A stretch of 64,000 nucleotides of DNA from Haliotis rufescens (Eukaryota): the NCBI RefSeq assembly GCF_023055435.1, contig NW_025963783.1, forward strand, positions 620,001-684,000, read 5' to 3'. This document shows positions 40,704-54,988 of this stretch, piece by piece. The translations under genes and the position numbers were made by a program. Each line of letters begins with the position of its first letter. The first letter of the stretch is position 1. The notes beneath the pieces are model-generated. The model had not been told where the DNA came from and did no database searches. It worked only from the letters and a program-made list of their open reading frames with translations.

Positions 40704-42317
40704 CTTTAACATGAATTCCACACTCCGACACAATATACTGACTCCAAGCCAACCAGTTCTTGTCTTAGCTCCTTAATGCCGAGCATGTGGCCGGGGATCG
40801 GACTACAGACCTTCTGCTGTCTGGGCAGTCGCTCTATCCACTAGACCACGGAGACAGTCTCAGTTGCTATGAAAACATAAACATGACCAATGATTATTGA
40901 GATAATGTCATGAGAATAATATATGTACCTAGATATTGTCAATGAAAGGCACCTGTCACGGTTTGCAAGACAGTCAGATGTTTGTAATTGAAGTATTGAT
41001 TGATACATGTTTAGAAGAGCTGTAACCATGAACCTGATGATCCAGTTTCAGTCCTGTGTCACTAATAGTAATGTCAGAAAATGCTGTCCAATAGGAAGAC
41101 AATGTACAATACAACAAACAGAAATTATACCTCGACACAGAAACAAAGAAAATACCACTTCACTATGATGTAGCACCAGACAACATACTTGCTCGGTAAT
41201 CAAGAAAATACCTTTAGCTTCGTCAGATGTCTCCTCCAACCATTCTGCTGGACTGACTGTCTGTCTCGGTATTGTAAGAGGCGGGGCTGTACACTGACAC
41301 AGGCTGCTCATAAACGCTCTCACGCAGCTAGCTGGTCACCATATGTTGCAATATCGATAGTTAATGCAGTATAACATTTGTATTGTGCATGTTTTTTGTA
41401 TGACTGCACACATATTGCACCTGAGGCGATGTTTGGTGGGCGGAAGTGTAGTAATATGTCGGGAATTCAATCAAACTGAGTATTTACAAGTTCAACTTTT
41501 GAGTTCATGCAACAGATTCCATTTTGCGAAAGGGTTTAAATGCTTTACCAAATATCCTGAAACAAAGGAATGCTAGTGGATGTTGAAGCGCATGTTGTAA
41601 TTTGGGCCACTATCGTGTGAAGGTATGTATATTTCAATATTACAATTACTATAAGTTACAAACAGGGCCCATTCTCAGACATTAAGCTGATAAGCAGTTA
41701 TATTGCTGAATTATTGTTCAAAGAGCAGTCAATAAAATTTAATGACGACATTATGATGTAGCTGCTTGTCTATCGGTTCAATATTGATTTGTATTGTTCA
41801 CGTCAGGTATCATGAGAATTGCAATATTGTTTATGACGTAATGCATTCTGGTGACCGAAAACATGAGTGTCGCTCATATCTCAACATGCAGTTTCATAAA
41901 AAAACTCCTGTCATCAATAGTAAGCTCAAAGAGGGTACAATTATTGAAAGACATAGACGTGTTAACAATTTACAAAAATGAACCCTTGTAAACCAAGGTG
42001 ACCACAAGCTGCCTTTACATACTAGTACAACCCGTGTGGACGTGTATCACTTTCTGCATAGAGCATTGTTTGGACGATGTGTTTGCATTGATTTGGTTTG
42101 AACTTGTGTTTTTAATTTATTGCAATTTCATTTATAAATTTGTAAAGTTTGTTTTGGCCGCAGGTTTATATCACTGTTTAATGTAGAATAAATAACGTGT
42201 GGGGTGTAGTGTATACTGTATAGCGTGTATATAATGTGCTGGTGAGTTTTACCAAGTACAATGTCTACAAGTATTTCGTATTCCTAGTGTTTCAATGTCA
42301 TCCTGTTTCACTGCCAG

Positions 42318-42454
42318 GGGCAACAGTACGTCACGCGCTGCCGGCGACCTGTGTCGACAAGTGGAGCAACTGTGACTCCTACCCTCACTCGTGTGCGCCA
42401 GTGTACAAAGACTGGGCGTCCGCCAACTGTGCCCGCTTCTGCAACTTGTGCTGA
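42318..42454 (+). CDS. ShKT-domain terminal exon, cassette 4 (intact, orphan)
   Basis: GATVRHALPATCVDKWSNCDSYPHSCAPVYKDWASANCARFCNLC* after a ctgccag acceptor. Confidence 0.72.
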
Positions 42455-43532
42455 GCGTCTTGGAATCTGTACCGAGAAGAGGAGAGACGCATAGAGTCTG
42501 CACTGCGAGATTTTGTTGCTGTAAACACATGGGAGAGGGGGGAAGGGAAGCACTTTGCTGCAGTTTGTAATGGATACCCGCATGCAGTGTAATGAAACCC
42601 AACCAGTCACTCCTTGTTTTATTCCCTAAACATCGAGCGCCAGGCAGGGAAACAACAAGTGTTATCTTTTAACGTGTTGTGCTATGACGCTGCCAAAGGA
42701 TCGAAGGCTCAAAAGTTAGCTGTGCAGAGTTGCTGTGCGGAATTCCAGCTTTGCCTTGATTATGATGTTTTTGCTGCCCGCACCTTACCGTGCCTGTAGT
42801 TTCCACACCTGTTTAACTGAAACAGCTTTCAAAGTTTACCAAAACTCACTCGCTGAAAGACTTTAACAGCGCTTAATTAACAGTATTTCAGTTACATATG
42901 GCCGGCAGAGTGTTTGTGGTCGGACTCGATGTAGTTAATAGACGTTTGCAACTGTGGTGAAACCCACGTGCACAGGTATGGTGCTGACAACCCTAGAAAC
43001 AATCAGGGCGAATCTGTGATCCGAACTGACGACATCAGGCATGGTCTAAGGGAAGCAACTCTGCACAGTCTATTACGCGCCTTACACAACTGAGCTCCTA
43101 GTGGGGAACTGAGCCAAACTGAATGGAATCAAATATTCTTTACATTACTTTTGACTCATGTGATTCATGCATAGGAAATGTAGGATGATCATATCGGAAT
43201 CGAATAAGTCAATTCTTTCAAATAGTTCAATAAATTACAGATACACTGATGAACAATAAATAGACGACAAAAACAAACATCAGGAAAACGAAACACTGTT
43301 GTGGAGTATACACTGGACGCGTCCCTGCATGTCAGTCGCTATCAGTGTTTCACCTGCAGTGACTAGGCTGGATACCAGTATGTGTGCATCAGATAACGCA
43401 TAGCAGCTGACCGACCCGCCCCTCGACACGCCAGGACACAGTCGACATGGCGTCGGGCAGACTGGAAGAATGAGAGGTTAAACCACTGACAAGTAAAGGT
43501 AATGGGAGCATTGGCAACATGGAAGTTTGTTT

Positions 43533-43775
43533 GACGTCCCGCATATACTTGATCAGTGTGTCGTCCCGTATATACTTGATGAGTGTGACGTCCAGTATAT
43601 ACTTGATCAGTGCGACGTCCAGTATATACTTGATCAGTGCGACGTCCCGTATATACTTGATCAGTGTGTCGTCCCGTATATACTTGATCAGTGTGTCGTC
43701 CCGTATATACTTGATCAGTGTGACGTCCAGTATATATTTGATCAGTGCGACGTCCCGTATATACTTGATGAGTGT
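43533..43775. repeat. 27-bp VNTR, 9 units
   Basis: Nine tandem gacgtcc(c/a)gtatatacttgat(c/g)agtg(t/c) units. Confidence 0.93.
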
Positions 43776-45055
43776 GACATGCCACAGGTGTATGGAAGGG
43801 GTGAAAATAGCTTCATACTTCCTGGATGTACATGGTCGTATAGTTTCTGCGTGGGCTTTATTATAAGATTTAGTTACAGTTTATTTTGAACGTTGCATCA
43901 GCAAAGTGTCAGCAATATAGATCCAGATCCATTGTCAAAACTTGTTTTTATTTAAAGCAACAGATGTCAGTGTTATTTACACAACACGAGTCCATCTATT
44001 CCTAGAATAGAAGGGCGGATCAAGCATTTCTGGGGAGGGGTCCAACATATCCAAATCTTCGTTCAGATAAGTTTACTGCCTACACAATTTGTCTTTAAAA
44101 GAAAGAGGAGGGGGACCTTTGGACACCCCCCACCCCTCCCTGGGTCAGCCAACAGAATCAAAGATTCTACTTTCGTTATGCAAATGTACTGGAATGAGTC
44201 ATGGCCATATATAAGCATTTTACGGAAGTTTCAACATGATTGAGCTGGCGGTGGTTCATGCATGGGGTGTTACACAATACTGAAACTTGTCGTAAACTTG
44301 CGATGTCCTGAAACCAACCAACCAACCAGCCAATCAGTCAACAAATCAATCAGTATGTTTTCATGATACGGTTGAGGCCAAAGGCCGGGTTGTTACCAGT
44401 TCTCAAAGCATAACAAATGAACAACTATATTATTATGGATTCTGTGCAATATTTTGCAAAATTTGTTTACATGTCCATTGTGGTAAAAGTAGTGATTTAG
44501 ATACTATTTTCTGAACTAATTATACATTTTGACATCATTTGTTGCAACTTGTACAAAATCTAAGTTCTCTTAAAATATTTGCACAATGCCTCTTTCAATA
44601 AAAGAATCACGTGAGCTATAACAGAGTCCAGAAAGAGCAAGGCAAACTTATGTCAAATTACAATTAGAAGATCATTAATGGTCTACTACTAAAGTAGTCT
44701 TGAATATGGTCCTGCACCATGACTGTGGAATATATGTATTTTATAAAAACAAAACCTATTTAGTTTTATATAAAAACAATTCTAGCCAGCTCTAACAATC
44801 CCTATGAAATCAGCATCAGGAACATTAATTGTTTTTATTTAAGAAGAGAGAAATGTTATGTGTAATAAAATATTACAAAGACGATGTATTAGTCTGTCTC
44901 AGTGTTAGTGTAGTAATTGGCTTTGTTGGAGCTGGACGAGTAATTACTTGAAATTATGATGATAAATCTTTTACTTCACCTCAACTGAAAATATATAATT
45001 CACAAAAGGGTCAAAATCTAAATTGTTTGTTCATAAATATGTTTTACTATTACAG

Positions 45056-47823
45056 ATGGCGATGCACAGGACATTGACAGACAATTTCCTGACTTGCAGC
45101 ATCTGCATGGACGTATTTGATGACCCCTGTACACTTGTGTGTTATCACACATTTTGTCGGAAATGTGTCGTTAGCTACACTGAAACCAGACCAGAAGCCA
45201 TCAGTGCCAAGTCTCTCCTCTGTCCATTCTGTCGTAAGATGACTAAAGTAGCCGACTCAAACAGGCCAGTTGAAGAGTGGGCACAGGAGGTGAAACCAAG
45301 CTTCTTGATTCAGGGTCTCATGGATTCCTTCGCTCCCTGCAGTCAAGGTATAAGTATACACCAGAGACCATGGTGGTTGCACTTCCACTCAATCCATATG
45401 GTTTTAATTCATCTTCAACACAGGCAACAGTATTTACCCATCTATGACATACTCGTTTTTGTCCTAACATTACTTGAATATCTCTGTCATTTCTTTCAGT
45501 GGCACACTATTAGGCCTGCAGTTAATCCTGTAACATATTTGCTCGTTTGCTTCTTAGACAAAGTATTGATTCTCATGATTTTGAAGTAATGTCATTGACC
45601 TTGTCTGGTCACAATGCCACGTAATGTTAACGCCTTTCTTATTGCATACGAACACAAAAATACATTTTTCAATTTATTGTTGTATCGACTTTTTATTACC
45701 AGTTGATAGGTACGTTTTATTAACAGGTACTGTATTTTCTATGTTGGAAAACCAAAATGAACCAACCTAAACGTGAAATGTGTACTTGAGTATTCCAGTT
45801 ATAGCATCGCATGTCAGTTTGATGAGTGTGGAAAACTTGATCCGATGTCAAATGTCACTTTGGTGAAACCCACGAGCACAATAATGGTGCGGACATACCA
45901 TGAACATAATGAGGGCGACTCTTGGATTTGTAGGATGCAGACATGCAGATTAAGAAGGGCGCGCCACTGGTGCCCCTTAAATGGGTACTGATAAAGGAAA
46001 GGATAAATGTCTTTATAAAGATGACGCAAATAGGTGCTCTAATATTCATATTTCCTATTCATGTGAAGCACTTTCTAAGTACATCCTAACATAACCTATA
46101 TTTCTCTGTAAACAACCTTAAATATAAACCATGTCAACATAATACATGTGTATATTTCTTTTTAGGAACAAATAACTGCAACTTATGTGATGATGATGGG
46201 GAGGCAACTCCAGCTACATCTTGGTGTTCTGACTGTGAAGTCTCGCTGTGTGGTGGATGTCTTAAGGCCCATGTTCGTAATCCTTCCTCCCGTCACCATG
46301 ACGTATCGGACATGTCAAGGGATGTCAAGGTGAAGAAAAGACGCAAACCTCTGTGTAAAGAACATCCAGATCAGAGGATGCAGTTCTACTGCAAGGACTG
46401 TAAGAAACTACAATGTCAATCGTGTTGCACCTTGTATCACAGAAAGTGTGAGTCCATTGTCTCGCTTGAATCTGTGTTGCCTGAAATGCAAAACACTCTT
46501 CAAACTGTAAAACAGAAACTAGAGACTGATTTAGCAACATCAAACACTCGCCTTGCAAAGAAGGGAGCACAATGTACTGAAATTAATGAGAACAAGTCAA
46601 GCCTTCAGTCTCAGGTCCGATCAGCAACCCACACCGCCATTGACTTGATAAAGAAGAAGGAGAGACAACTCTTGGAGCAAATAGATGTCATCACAGAGAA
46701 ACAAATAGGACAGCTGAAAGGAGACATGAAGCGTGAGGCGATTGCCAGGCAGATGATTCGTCAACACTCGGAGTTGCTGGGCAGAGCTCTGGAGTCTGAG
46801 AGTGACGTGGACATCTGTGAGATGTATCTGTGGAGTGAGTCGGAGGAGGCAGCCACTGTGTCTGTCCCAGAGTCAGGTATGGAGGATGTATCTGGGGGCA
46901 AGGCTTGTTTCATACACGATCGTCATCTGATGTGTGGGAAACTAAACGATCTACACTTGGGTGTGATTGATATCATTGTTGAAGATGTTTTTGATTCTAC
47001 ATCTACAGCAGTTCTGTATGACACAGTGGACATGCAGGCAGAAGATGATAAGGAAAAACCCAGTCCTTTTGACGTGGCAGTGTTTGTTGTCGACAACACA
47101 GACACCATAGTTGTCACAGATTATGACAACAAGTGTGTGAAATCCTTCTACAAAAGAAACAAGAAGTCATGTCAGAGTAAGCTGGGGGTACAAAGCGCTC
47201 CTCTATGTATTGCAAAATGAAACAATAATAAAATGGCTGTGACTCTCCATGGCACTAAGGAAATAATAATAGTAGAAGTGAAGCCTGAACTGGTTCTTCA
47301 ATCATCCATCTCTACAAGGAAGGTGTATGTGGGTCTGACATCCCTGACACCGACAACCTTGGCAGCAGGATCACTGGATCCTCCCTGTGTGGATATCTTG
47401 GACATGGCGGGGAATGTGTTGAAGACCCCGGATCCTGTCACAGATGGAGAGAAACTTGTATCAGATCCTTGGTTCCTCAGTACCACCAGGCAGGGTAACA
47501 TCCTCATGTCTTGCGGGGAATACGGAGCTCGCAGTGTCCTCTGTCTGACTCCTCATGGAGATGTTGTGTTCAGGTATCAGCCTACACAGCCGTGGCCTTC
47601 CCTTCGTGGAATCACTGAAACCAACACAGGACATATCCTGGTTATATATCTCAATGCAAATTGTGTGTTTCAACTCAGCGCTTCTGGGACGTTTGTGAGG
47701 AAAGTGTTGACGTCACGTGATGGTATTACATCTCCGCATAGTCTCTGCCTGTGTGAAAGTCAGCACCTGTATGTCATCGATGATGACTGTTTGAAGATCT
47801 ACAGATTTACAAGAAACACCTAA
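45056..47823 (+). pseudogene. TRIM-A4; single nonsense codon in the second NHL blade (448 aa product)
   Basis: Exons 45056-45347 and 46166-47823. TTA>TGA at 47218-47220, after which the frame continues to the normal stop. Confidence 0.9.
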
Positions 47824-50473
47824 GATGTGGATGCATAACGATTGTTCCTGAAAGAATCCGTCACCATCTGTGTGACAATAGTTTATGTAAATATGAATTT
47901 CCAATACAAGAGAACATCAGTCCAGACTGTCCGCCGAAACAGATTAAAATTTGACGTGAAGTGCAAAATAGTTATGAAATTTATATGAATGGAACACTGA
48001 TATTGAGTGATGACACCAGGTGTTCGCGAAAAGGGTAAGCATGTCCGGCCCTATCGGTAGCTTTCGCCAATCACACAATTTTCATGACAAAAGAAGTATT
48101 TGTCCCTGACGCGGCACAGCTGTACTCGTATCGTGAGACGGCGGCCTGTAAACAAACCAGAAAATCAAGTGATCGATGAACCAGAAATTCCAGTGACACG
48201 TTAGTGCATTAACTGATTTTGTTAAAACTAATAAAACCGATACGTTAATTTTAACCTACGAATTAAAACGTTTAAGAACTATTATGTGGGTCAGTGGTTG
48301 GGGGGTGCGCAGTTTTATTGTGCCCACACCAGGTGTTCGCGATGTTTGTGACAATGATGTGGAGCTGTGAGGTGTATGTGAACAATGAATGCACAGAACT
48401 GGAATTGTCACCCGTCAAACAAATATTCCGTTACTGAATGCGGATGTATTACGTGTATATTTAAGTTAGCGGGGAGGGGAGGGCGGATTTCGGCAAAGAG
48501 CAAAGGTCACCAACAACGTGTGCCAGTTGTTCGAGGCGACTTAATGGATCAAGTGACCTGGTTGATTGTATGTCATCGTATCCCAAATACATAGATCGAT
48601 GCTCATGCTGTCAATCACTGGACTTTCTGACCAGACTCGATTAATTACAGACCAACGTCATATAGCTTGAATATTGCCGAGTGCTGCGACGAACAACAAA
48701 CAGACAATTGGAGCGCATTTTTTTGTGGCATGTAAGCAACTGCTGGAAAGTAAAGCCTTTTTGCCTCGTGAAGTATATAATCATATATTTGTAAATACAA
48801 TAAAACTCTGATAATTAAACCATTAACCACTTCCTGTCAGTTTAAGTGTTTTTATAACCATTTACATGCATATCCAGGTGTTTACATTTCTGTCATAATA
48901 AAAGTGCTGACACTACCTTTGTACAGATTGTCTTTCTTGTTTAAATGAATACATAACACACACCACACCACTATGGAACCCGTTCTACGACGGGAATTTA
49001 TGTTAAAAGATGTGAAAAGGGATCGTTTCAGCACTTGGTTTCTCCGTGGAACACGACGCATGTCTTTGTAACAAACATCAGTAAACGCTTTGTGATGTGA
49101 AGGGAGAAATGGTGGTTAAAATCTCATGTGACCTCGTTACTTACAAATACATATTGTTTCCATATATATTGATGCTGTTTTGTTCATTCATCCAAGGACA
49201 AGTTTAGAAAACATGAGCGATCACAACACTGCCGACAAGCTTGTTAATTTACATATACTTATTATCCCATGAAACAGTCGTGAATGCCATGGTTATCTAT
49301 CAGAAGTATGGAAAATAGTTTACAGAAAAACATCCGTTTCATCGACTGTATTAGTACCTCGCCAAGGCTCTGCACTCACTATATGCCACTGGGAACAGAT
49401 AACACGTACTTTCTCGTTGCCCAAAGGTTATTTCTGTAAATAATAAGTTTGCTTCACCGGTAAAACGGTATATGATCGGTTACGGATGTTTCGTGAATTG
49501 TAAACAGAATCCTACACAGCATATATGCTTCTGTTCTCGAAATAATATTCTGCCCAGATCATACACATATAAATGGCAAATGTTTCCGTTTATTTGACGT
49601 AGAATATGCTTGTGATTAAGGGTGCTAAACCTACAGATGCAAGGGTCACATCCGCGTAGAAGCAGGTTGTAGTTTCTCTAATTGCAGGTATGTTTCAATT
49701 AAAAAGTCACCAATTACATATGACAGTGTTCCTTCTTCAATTGCACATTTGATTTTCCAGGGGTGTTTATTGCTTTTTCTCAAATTCTGTTGAGACATTC
49801 GATGTAAGGTGTTATTTGTGTTAATGTGAACCCAGTTTTCACCCGTGTTTCGTTGTCGGGAACAACAGTGACGTCATCAGCTGTTTAATGTTTGGCAGAG
49901 TAAGAAGTAGTCACGCATACAACAGTAAACATTATGTTACTATGATTTTAGGCCACGGGGGACACCAGAAATGGGCTTCATACATTGAATCCATGCGGGG
50001 ACTAGGACCTGTGACCTGTGAACGCTCTAACTACTAGTCTACCCCTCCTTCACCCATCTACTACCCATCCGTGTACCCATCACAGCCTCCCACATCCCCC
50101 ACCAATATAACATTCTCGTCCCATAATGCCGGCTTTATAGTTCTAGCCCACTGAGATACCACGCCGCAGTATAACGTGGCTGCACACAGTCAGCCTTGTT
50201 TTATCACCTCAAAATAGTAATCGAATCACGCCAAAGCCAAAATATACAACACTTTAAATACAATAGTTGTTATGCACATGTCAATACAAAGGGGGACACA
50301 GCTTAACAAAATGATTTTATTTTACCTTCCAAAAGTTAATGTTTCGTAAACATGTTGTTTCATTACAATGCGCTTTCGTCCTCTGTGCATCTATCATCAT
50401 CTGTCACCTCATCATCAGGATCGAACACAGTCACAGCCCTCGGACCACGGAAGTAGCAGTAAACACGCCTACA

Positions 50474-52231
50474 CTATTCAAAATGACCGAGATCACTCTT
50501 CATGTCCTCTTGGTTTGGTGCGTAGAACCTGTAGACCATCACACAGTGGCGGTTGGTGACGTACAGATGCCTCAGCTTATCAAAGTACAGGCCATAAGGG
50601 AAAGTGATGCCATCCCTTGACGTCAGTACGTCTCTCAACCATGTGCCTGAACTACTCAAATGAACCACTTTGTTTGACATGTCGTCAACAACAAGCATGT
50701 CGCCTGTGTTTGTTCCAGTGATGCCGCATGGATTCATTGCTCGGTGTTGTCCTGTGGGTACATAATTAAACACAACATCTCCGTTTGGTGTCATACATAG
50801 CAAATGACTTCTTGGGGCATGACTGCAAGACACCAGGATGTAACCTTGACTGGTGGTAGATAGGAATAAAGGATCTGATACAAGGATTCCCCCATCTGTG
50901 ACACGATTCAGCGTCCTCAATACATTCCCCGCTATGTCCAGGATGTCCACACAGGGAGGCGACCCGGATCCTGCTGCCAGGGTAGTCGGAGTCAGGGCTG
51001 TCAGACCAAAGTACTTCTTCCTCGTTGAAATGTATGATTGAAGAACAAGGTCAGGGTTCACTTCAATCACTATTATCTCCCTTGTCTCGGGAAGGGTCAC
51101 GGCAATGTGATGGGCACTAAGTTTTGCAATCCGCCGAGGGGGGCTCTGAACAGAGAGCTTACTCTGAAATGGTTGAGTATTGCGTGTGTAGAAGGATTTG
51201 ACGCACTTGTTGTTATTATCAGTTACAGCTATGGTGTCTGTACCACCTTCATTGAACACTGCCACGTCATAAACATGAGGTAAACTTGTCTCATCTTCTG
51301 TTTGTATGTCCACTGTGTCGTGCAGAACTAATGTCGATGTAGAATGAAACATATCTTCATATATGGTCTTAATTTCACCCAAGCTTACCTCGTGTATATT
51401 GTTACAGATCTCTTCACAATCATTCATAAAACATACTTTCTCTCTCAGTTCATATTTTATAACAGATTCAAACGGTAGAATTGCCTCACACTTTCTGTGA
51501 TACAAGATGCAACAGGATTGACATTGCAGTTTCTTACAATCTTTGCAGTAGAACTGCATGCTTTGATCTGGATGTTGCTTACAGAATGGTTTGCGTCTTT
51601 GGTTGATTTTGACCTCTGTGGACAGGTCAGATACGTCATGGTGACGAGTGGCAGGAATACGTCTGTGAGCCTTCTGGCATCCCTCACAAAGACTGATGTC
51701 ACAGTCAGCACACCAAGCAGTGGCTGGAGGTGCCGCTCCTTCATCACTGCATAGGATGCACTTCGGGGTATCTGCAAGTATACATACAAATGTGTCAGTT
51801 ATTTTTCAACAATAGAACTATAATATTACGAAATAACCTTTAACCTTTCAATGTACATACGAGGAATTCACAAACCAGGGATATGAACAACGTAAATATG
51901 TTAGGATGAGTTCAGCACTGGTAGCCTATTCGGAAATACCTTTTGTCTTGGGATTAAATGAATCCAAGAGACCCTGAATCAAAAAGCTGGGTTTCACCTC
52001 CTGTGCCCACTCTTCAACTGGCCTGTTTGAGTTGACTACTTTGGTCATCTTTCGACAGAATGGACAGAGGAGAGACTTGGCACTGATGGCTTCTGGTCTG
52101 GTTTTAGTGTAGCTAACGACACATTTCCGACAAAATGTGTGATAACACACAAGTGTACAGGGTTCATCAAAGACGTCCATGCAGATGCTGCACGTCAAGA
52201 ACTTGTCTGTCAATTGTCGATGCACTGCCAT
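50474..52231 (-). CDS. TRIM-B5: open 529-aa ORF, RING-B1-B2-NHL lacking the coiled coil
   Basis: Exons 52231-51940 and 51771-50474 total 1590 nt with no internal stop. In-frame 402-nt deletion at ~51460 (FESV|IKYE). A small frameshift at ~50523 alters only the tail. Confidence 0.85.
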
Positions 52232-53389
52232 CTAAAATGTTAAAATAAAAATATTGGCATTCTCAACTTAACATCATACACCTTTTCATCCATAAGAACC
52301 CATTTTTGTTTTTGATTGATATACGGGCAGTTTTTCAATAATGAACTCACAGAGAGTAGATATGGATACAAGATCATTACAAGACATGAGGTAGCTTGTT
52401 GTGTGCTCATGTACCTCCAGCACATGTCCATGTTCCAATGCCTAATTATGACTACAATCCTTAACCACATATAAAAGCAGTCAATACGTGATTGGTCAGT
52501 TCATGAGTTACAGTTTTGTGGATGAAAATATTAATGCTTGAAAATAGCTCAGTGTCATTTCACAGTTCCCAAATAATCACTCCACGCTACAAAAGCAAAG
52601 TTATGTTTTGGAAAGCGTTATTGCGTGAATCCCTTAAGGTGGATGTGTGTGTGTCTGTGTGTTTATTGNNNNNNNNNNNNNNNNNNNNNNNNNNNNNNNN
52701 NNNNNNNNNNNNNNNNNNNNNNNNNNNNNNNNNNNNNNNNNNNNNNNNNNNNNNNNNNNNNNNNNNNNNNNNNNNNNNNNNNNNNNNNNNNNNNNNNNNN
52801 NNNNNNNNNNNNNNNNNNNNNNNNNNNNNNNNNNNNNNNNNNNNNNNNNNNNNNNNNNNNNNNNTTAATGTCGGTTTCATATAGCTAGCCAACTGAGACA
52901 CCATGCCGCAGTTTAACGTGAATAGTGAGTGAGTGAGTTGGGATTAACGCCAGTTTTAACAGTATTCCAGTTATATCACGCGTCAGTTAATTTGGGAGGA
53001 AAGCCCGAAGTGATGCAGATCTCAGACCTTTACCTCTTCTGTGAAACCCACGAGCACGGGTACGGTGCTGACAAACCTAGAAACATAATTGGGGCGAACC
53101 GGGATTCGAATCCCCAATCAAAGGTTTCTGGCGTGCCCAAGGGATGCAACTCTGCACAGGGAACTGCATCCCCTTAGACGACTGGGGCACCCGCGCCCCC
53201 CGTGACCGTACATGTGGCCCGGTATTGATATTCAAAGGTGGCCTTAATAATTCCAACGTGATGCGGATAAAAATTCAACAGTACTTTATAGGATATATTT
53301 TGGATGAAATATGCTGATTTATTATATCTTTCTACCAAACATATCCCGACCGTCGCTAACACATACATTCTTTGTCTTAACTTCTCTAT

Positions 53390-54175
53390 CCATGGGGCTT
53401 TTGTTGCAAAACGTGGTGACAAAAGGTAAAGTCACACGTCCATCTTCAGAGGTTCAAGACATTTTGTCAAAAAATGAAGGCAAATGCCATCTGAAGTCTC
53501 CTGAGAAACAATGTGTGAGATGCTGGACTTCCTTGTTGATAACATCTATGTAAACCTTTTGTAAGATTTAGGTAAGAAGAAGGCATCCCCACGTGTGCCA
53601 ATTGTGCTCCTCTTCTTACTGATCTCTTCCTTTATGCAAATAAATAGTACACTCTTCTTTCATTAGGAAAGTCAACATAATGTTATTTGGCCAGGAAGTT
53701 CAATTAATGCCTCAGGTATATCGATGATCTGATATCCTTCAATAACCATCAAGTAGCCAATTCCCTTCCACTGATTTACCCACCTGAACCATAATTAAAC
53801 CGCCTCATCTGTTTCATGTTTAGATCTATGCATAAAGATTCAGAGCGCAAAACATTCATCTCAAGACTGTATTGCAATATTCCTGCAGCTCCAGTTTTTG
53901 GTGTTTACATCTCACAGCTTTTGAGGAACAATCGAGCATGTTCTTTGTACCAAGAGCGTGATACGACTCTTGCTCACAAGTTGTTTGATCAAGGTTACCA
54001 CATTCATGGCCTCATGAAGCGTTCAAAACGTTCTATGGTAGATATATGAAGGACATTTCCAAATTTGACGCATCGGTGACGATAATGATGTCCAATGCAA
54101 TTCCTTGTTTTGACTTGTAACATGTTCCCGTGTTTGTTATGTGAACAGTTGACTTGCCTTTGCATGTGTTTTTGA
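53390..54175 (+). mobile_element. Penelope-like retroelement RT fragment
   Basis: GIP..ANCAPLLTDLFLYA, RYIDDL, LIYPPE, NIPAAPVFGVYISQLLR..RACS; homologous to 36540-37800. Confidence 0.8.
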
Positions 54176-54402
54176 CGGTTGGGGCAGGATTCGCCAGACT
54201 TTTCGCTAAGACCTTCCACCATCAGAATATAACACATGCTCATGATGTAGTCATTTCAGCCGAGATTTCCTGTGAATATGGCAAGGTTGTGTCGCTTTTC
54301 CTTGCAGAGGGCGATCAGAACAAAAAACACTCATTGTCTCATATTAGCCATTTAGCTAATTCAATAATTGAAATGTGAAAAGTCCCATCTTGACGATTTA
54401 AG

Positions 54403-54939
54403 CAACGACAGCACCGACGACGACCACAACACCGCCTACTCCCGTCTGTGAGGACAAACTCACAACATGTAGCATCTATAAGTCTGTCTGCAAGTCGGAC
54501 ACACAACAGAGGTGGGGGTTGCTGAACTGCGCCAAGACTTGCCGCCTGTGTCAGCTCACTACGATGCACTGATACTACCTGTACACATGTACATGTGTAT
54601 TCATGTGTGGATAATCATGTCATTCTGGTCTGATTTCAGTATAAGTAAAATACAAATGTCCTAAGATGAGCTGTATAATTTACTCAACCGGTTTCATGAA
54701 TGTGGTTTTCAGGAGTCAATGCTTAAAGTCTGGAGTCAATGAAGATAGTTCCTAGATTATGTAATAAGCCACATCTCAGGAATATTAGAATGAGTCTAAG
54801 ACTGACATGACGTGTCAAGGTGGCTCGCACCTACAACTGATGTTGTAAAGCTAACGTCTTATGTATGTGATAATTGTCTCTCCACATGAACTACCTACCA
54901 TTCTTTCACTGGCTTTCCTTCTATCTTTTTGTCTGTCTG

Positions 54940-54988
<49 letters not shown>

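Noticed and set aside
43519-43889. Repetitive ORFs (DVPYILDQC)n, (SRIYLISVT)n and their antisense; possible CRISPR-like array
   Set aside because: A 27-bp stop-free minisatellite that is open in several frames; no unique spacers and no cas genes in a eukaryotic context.
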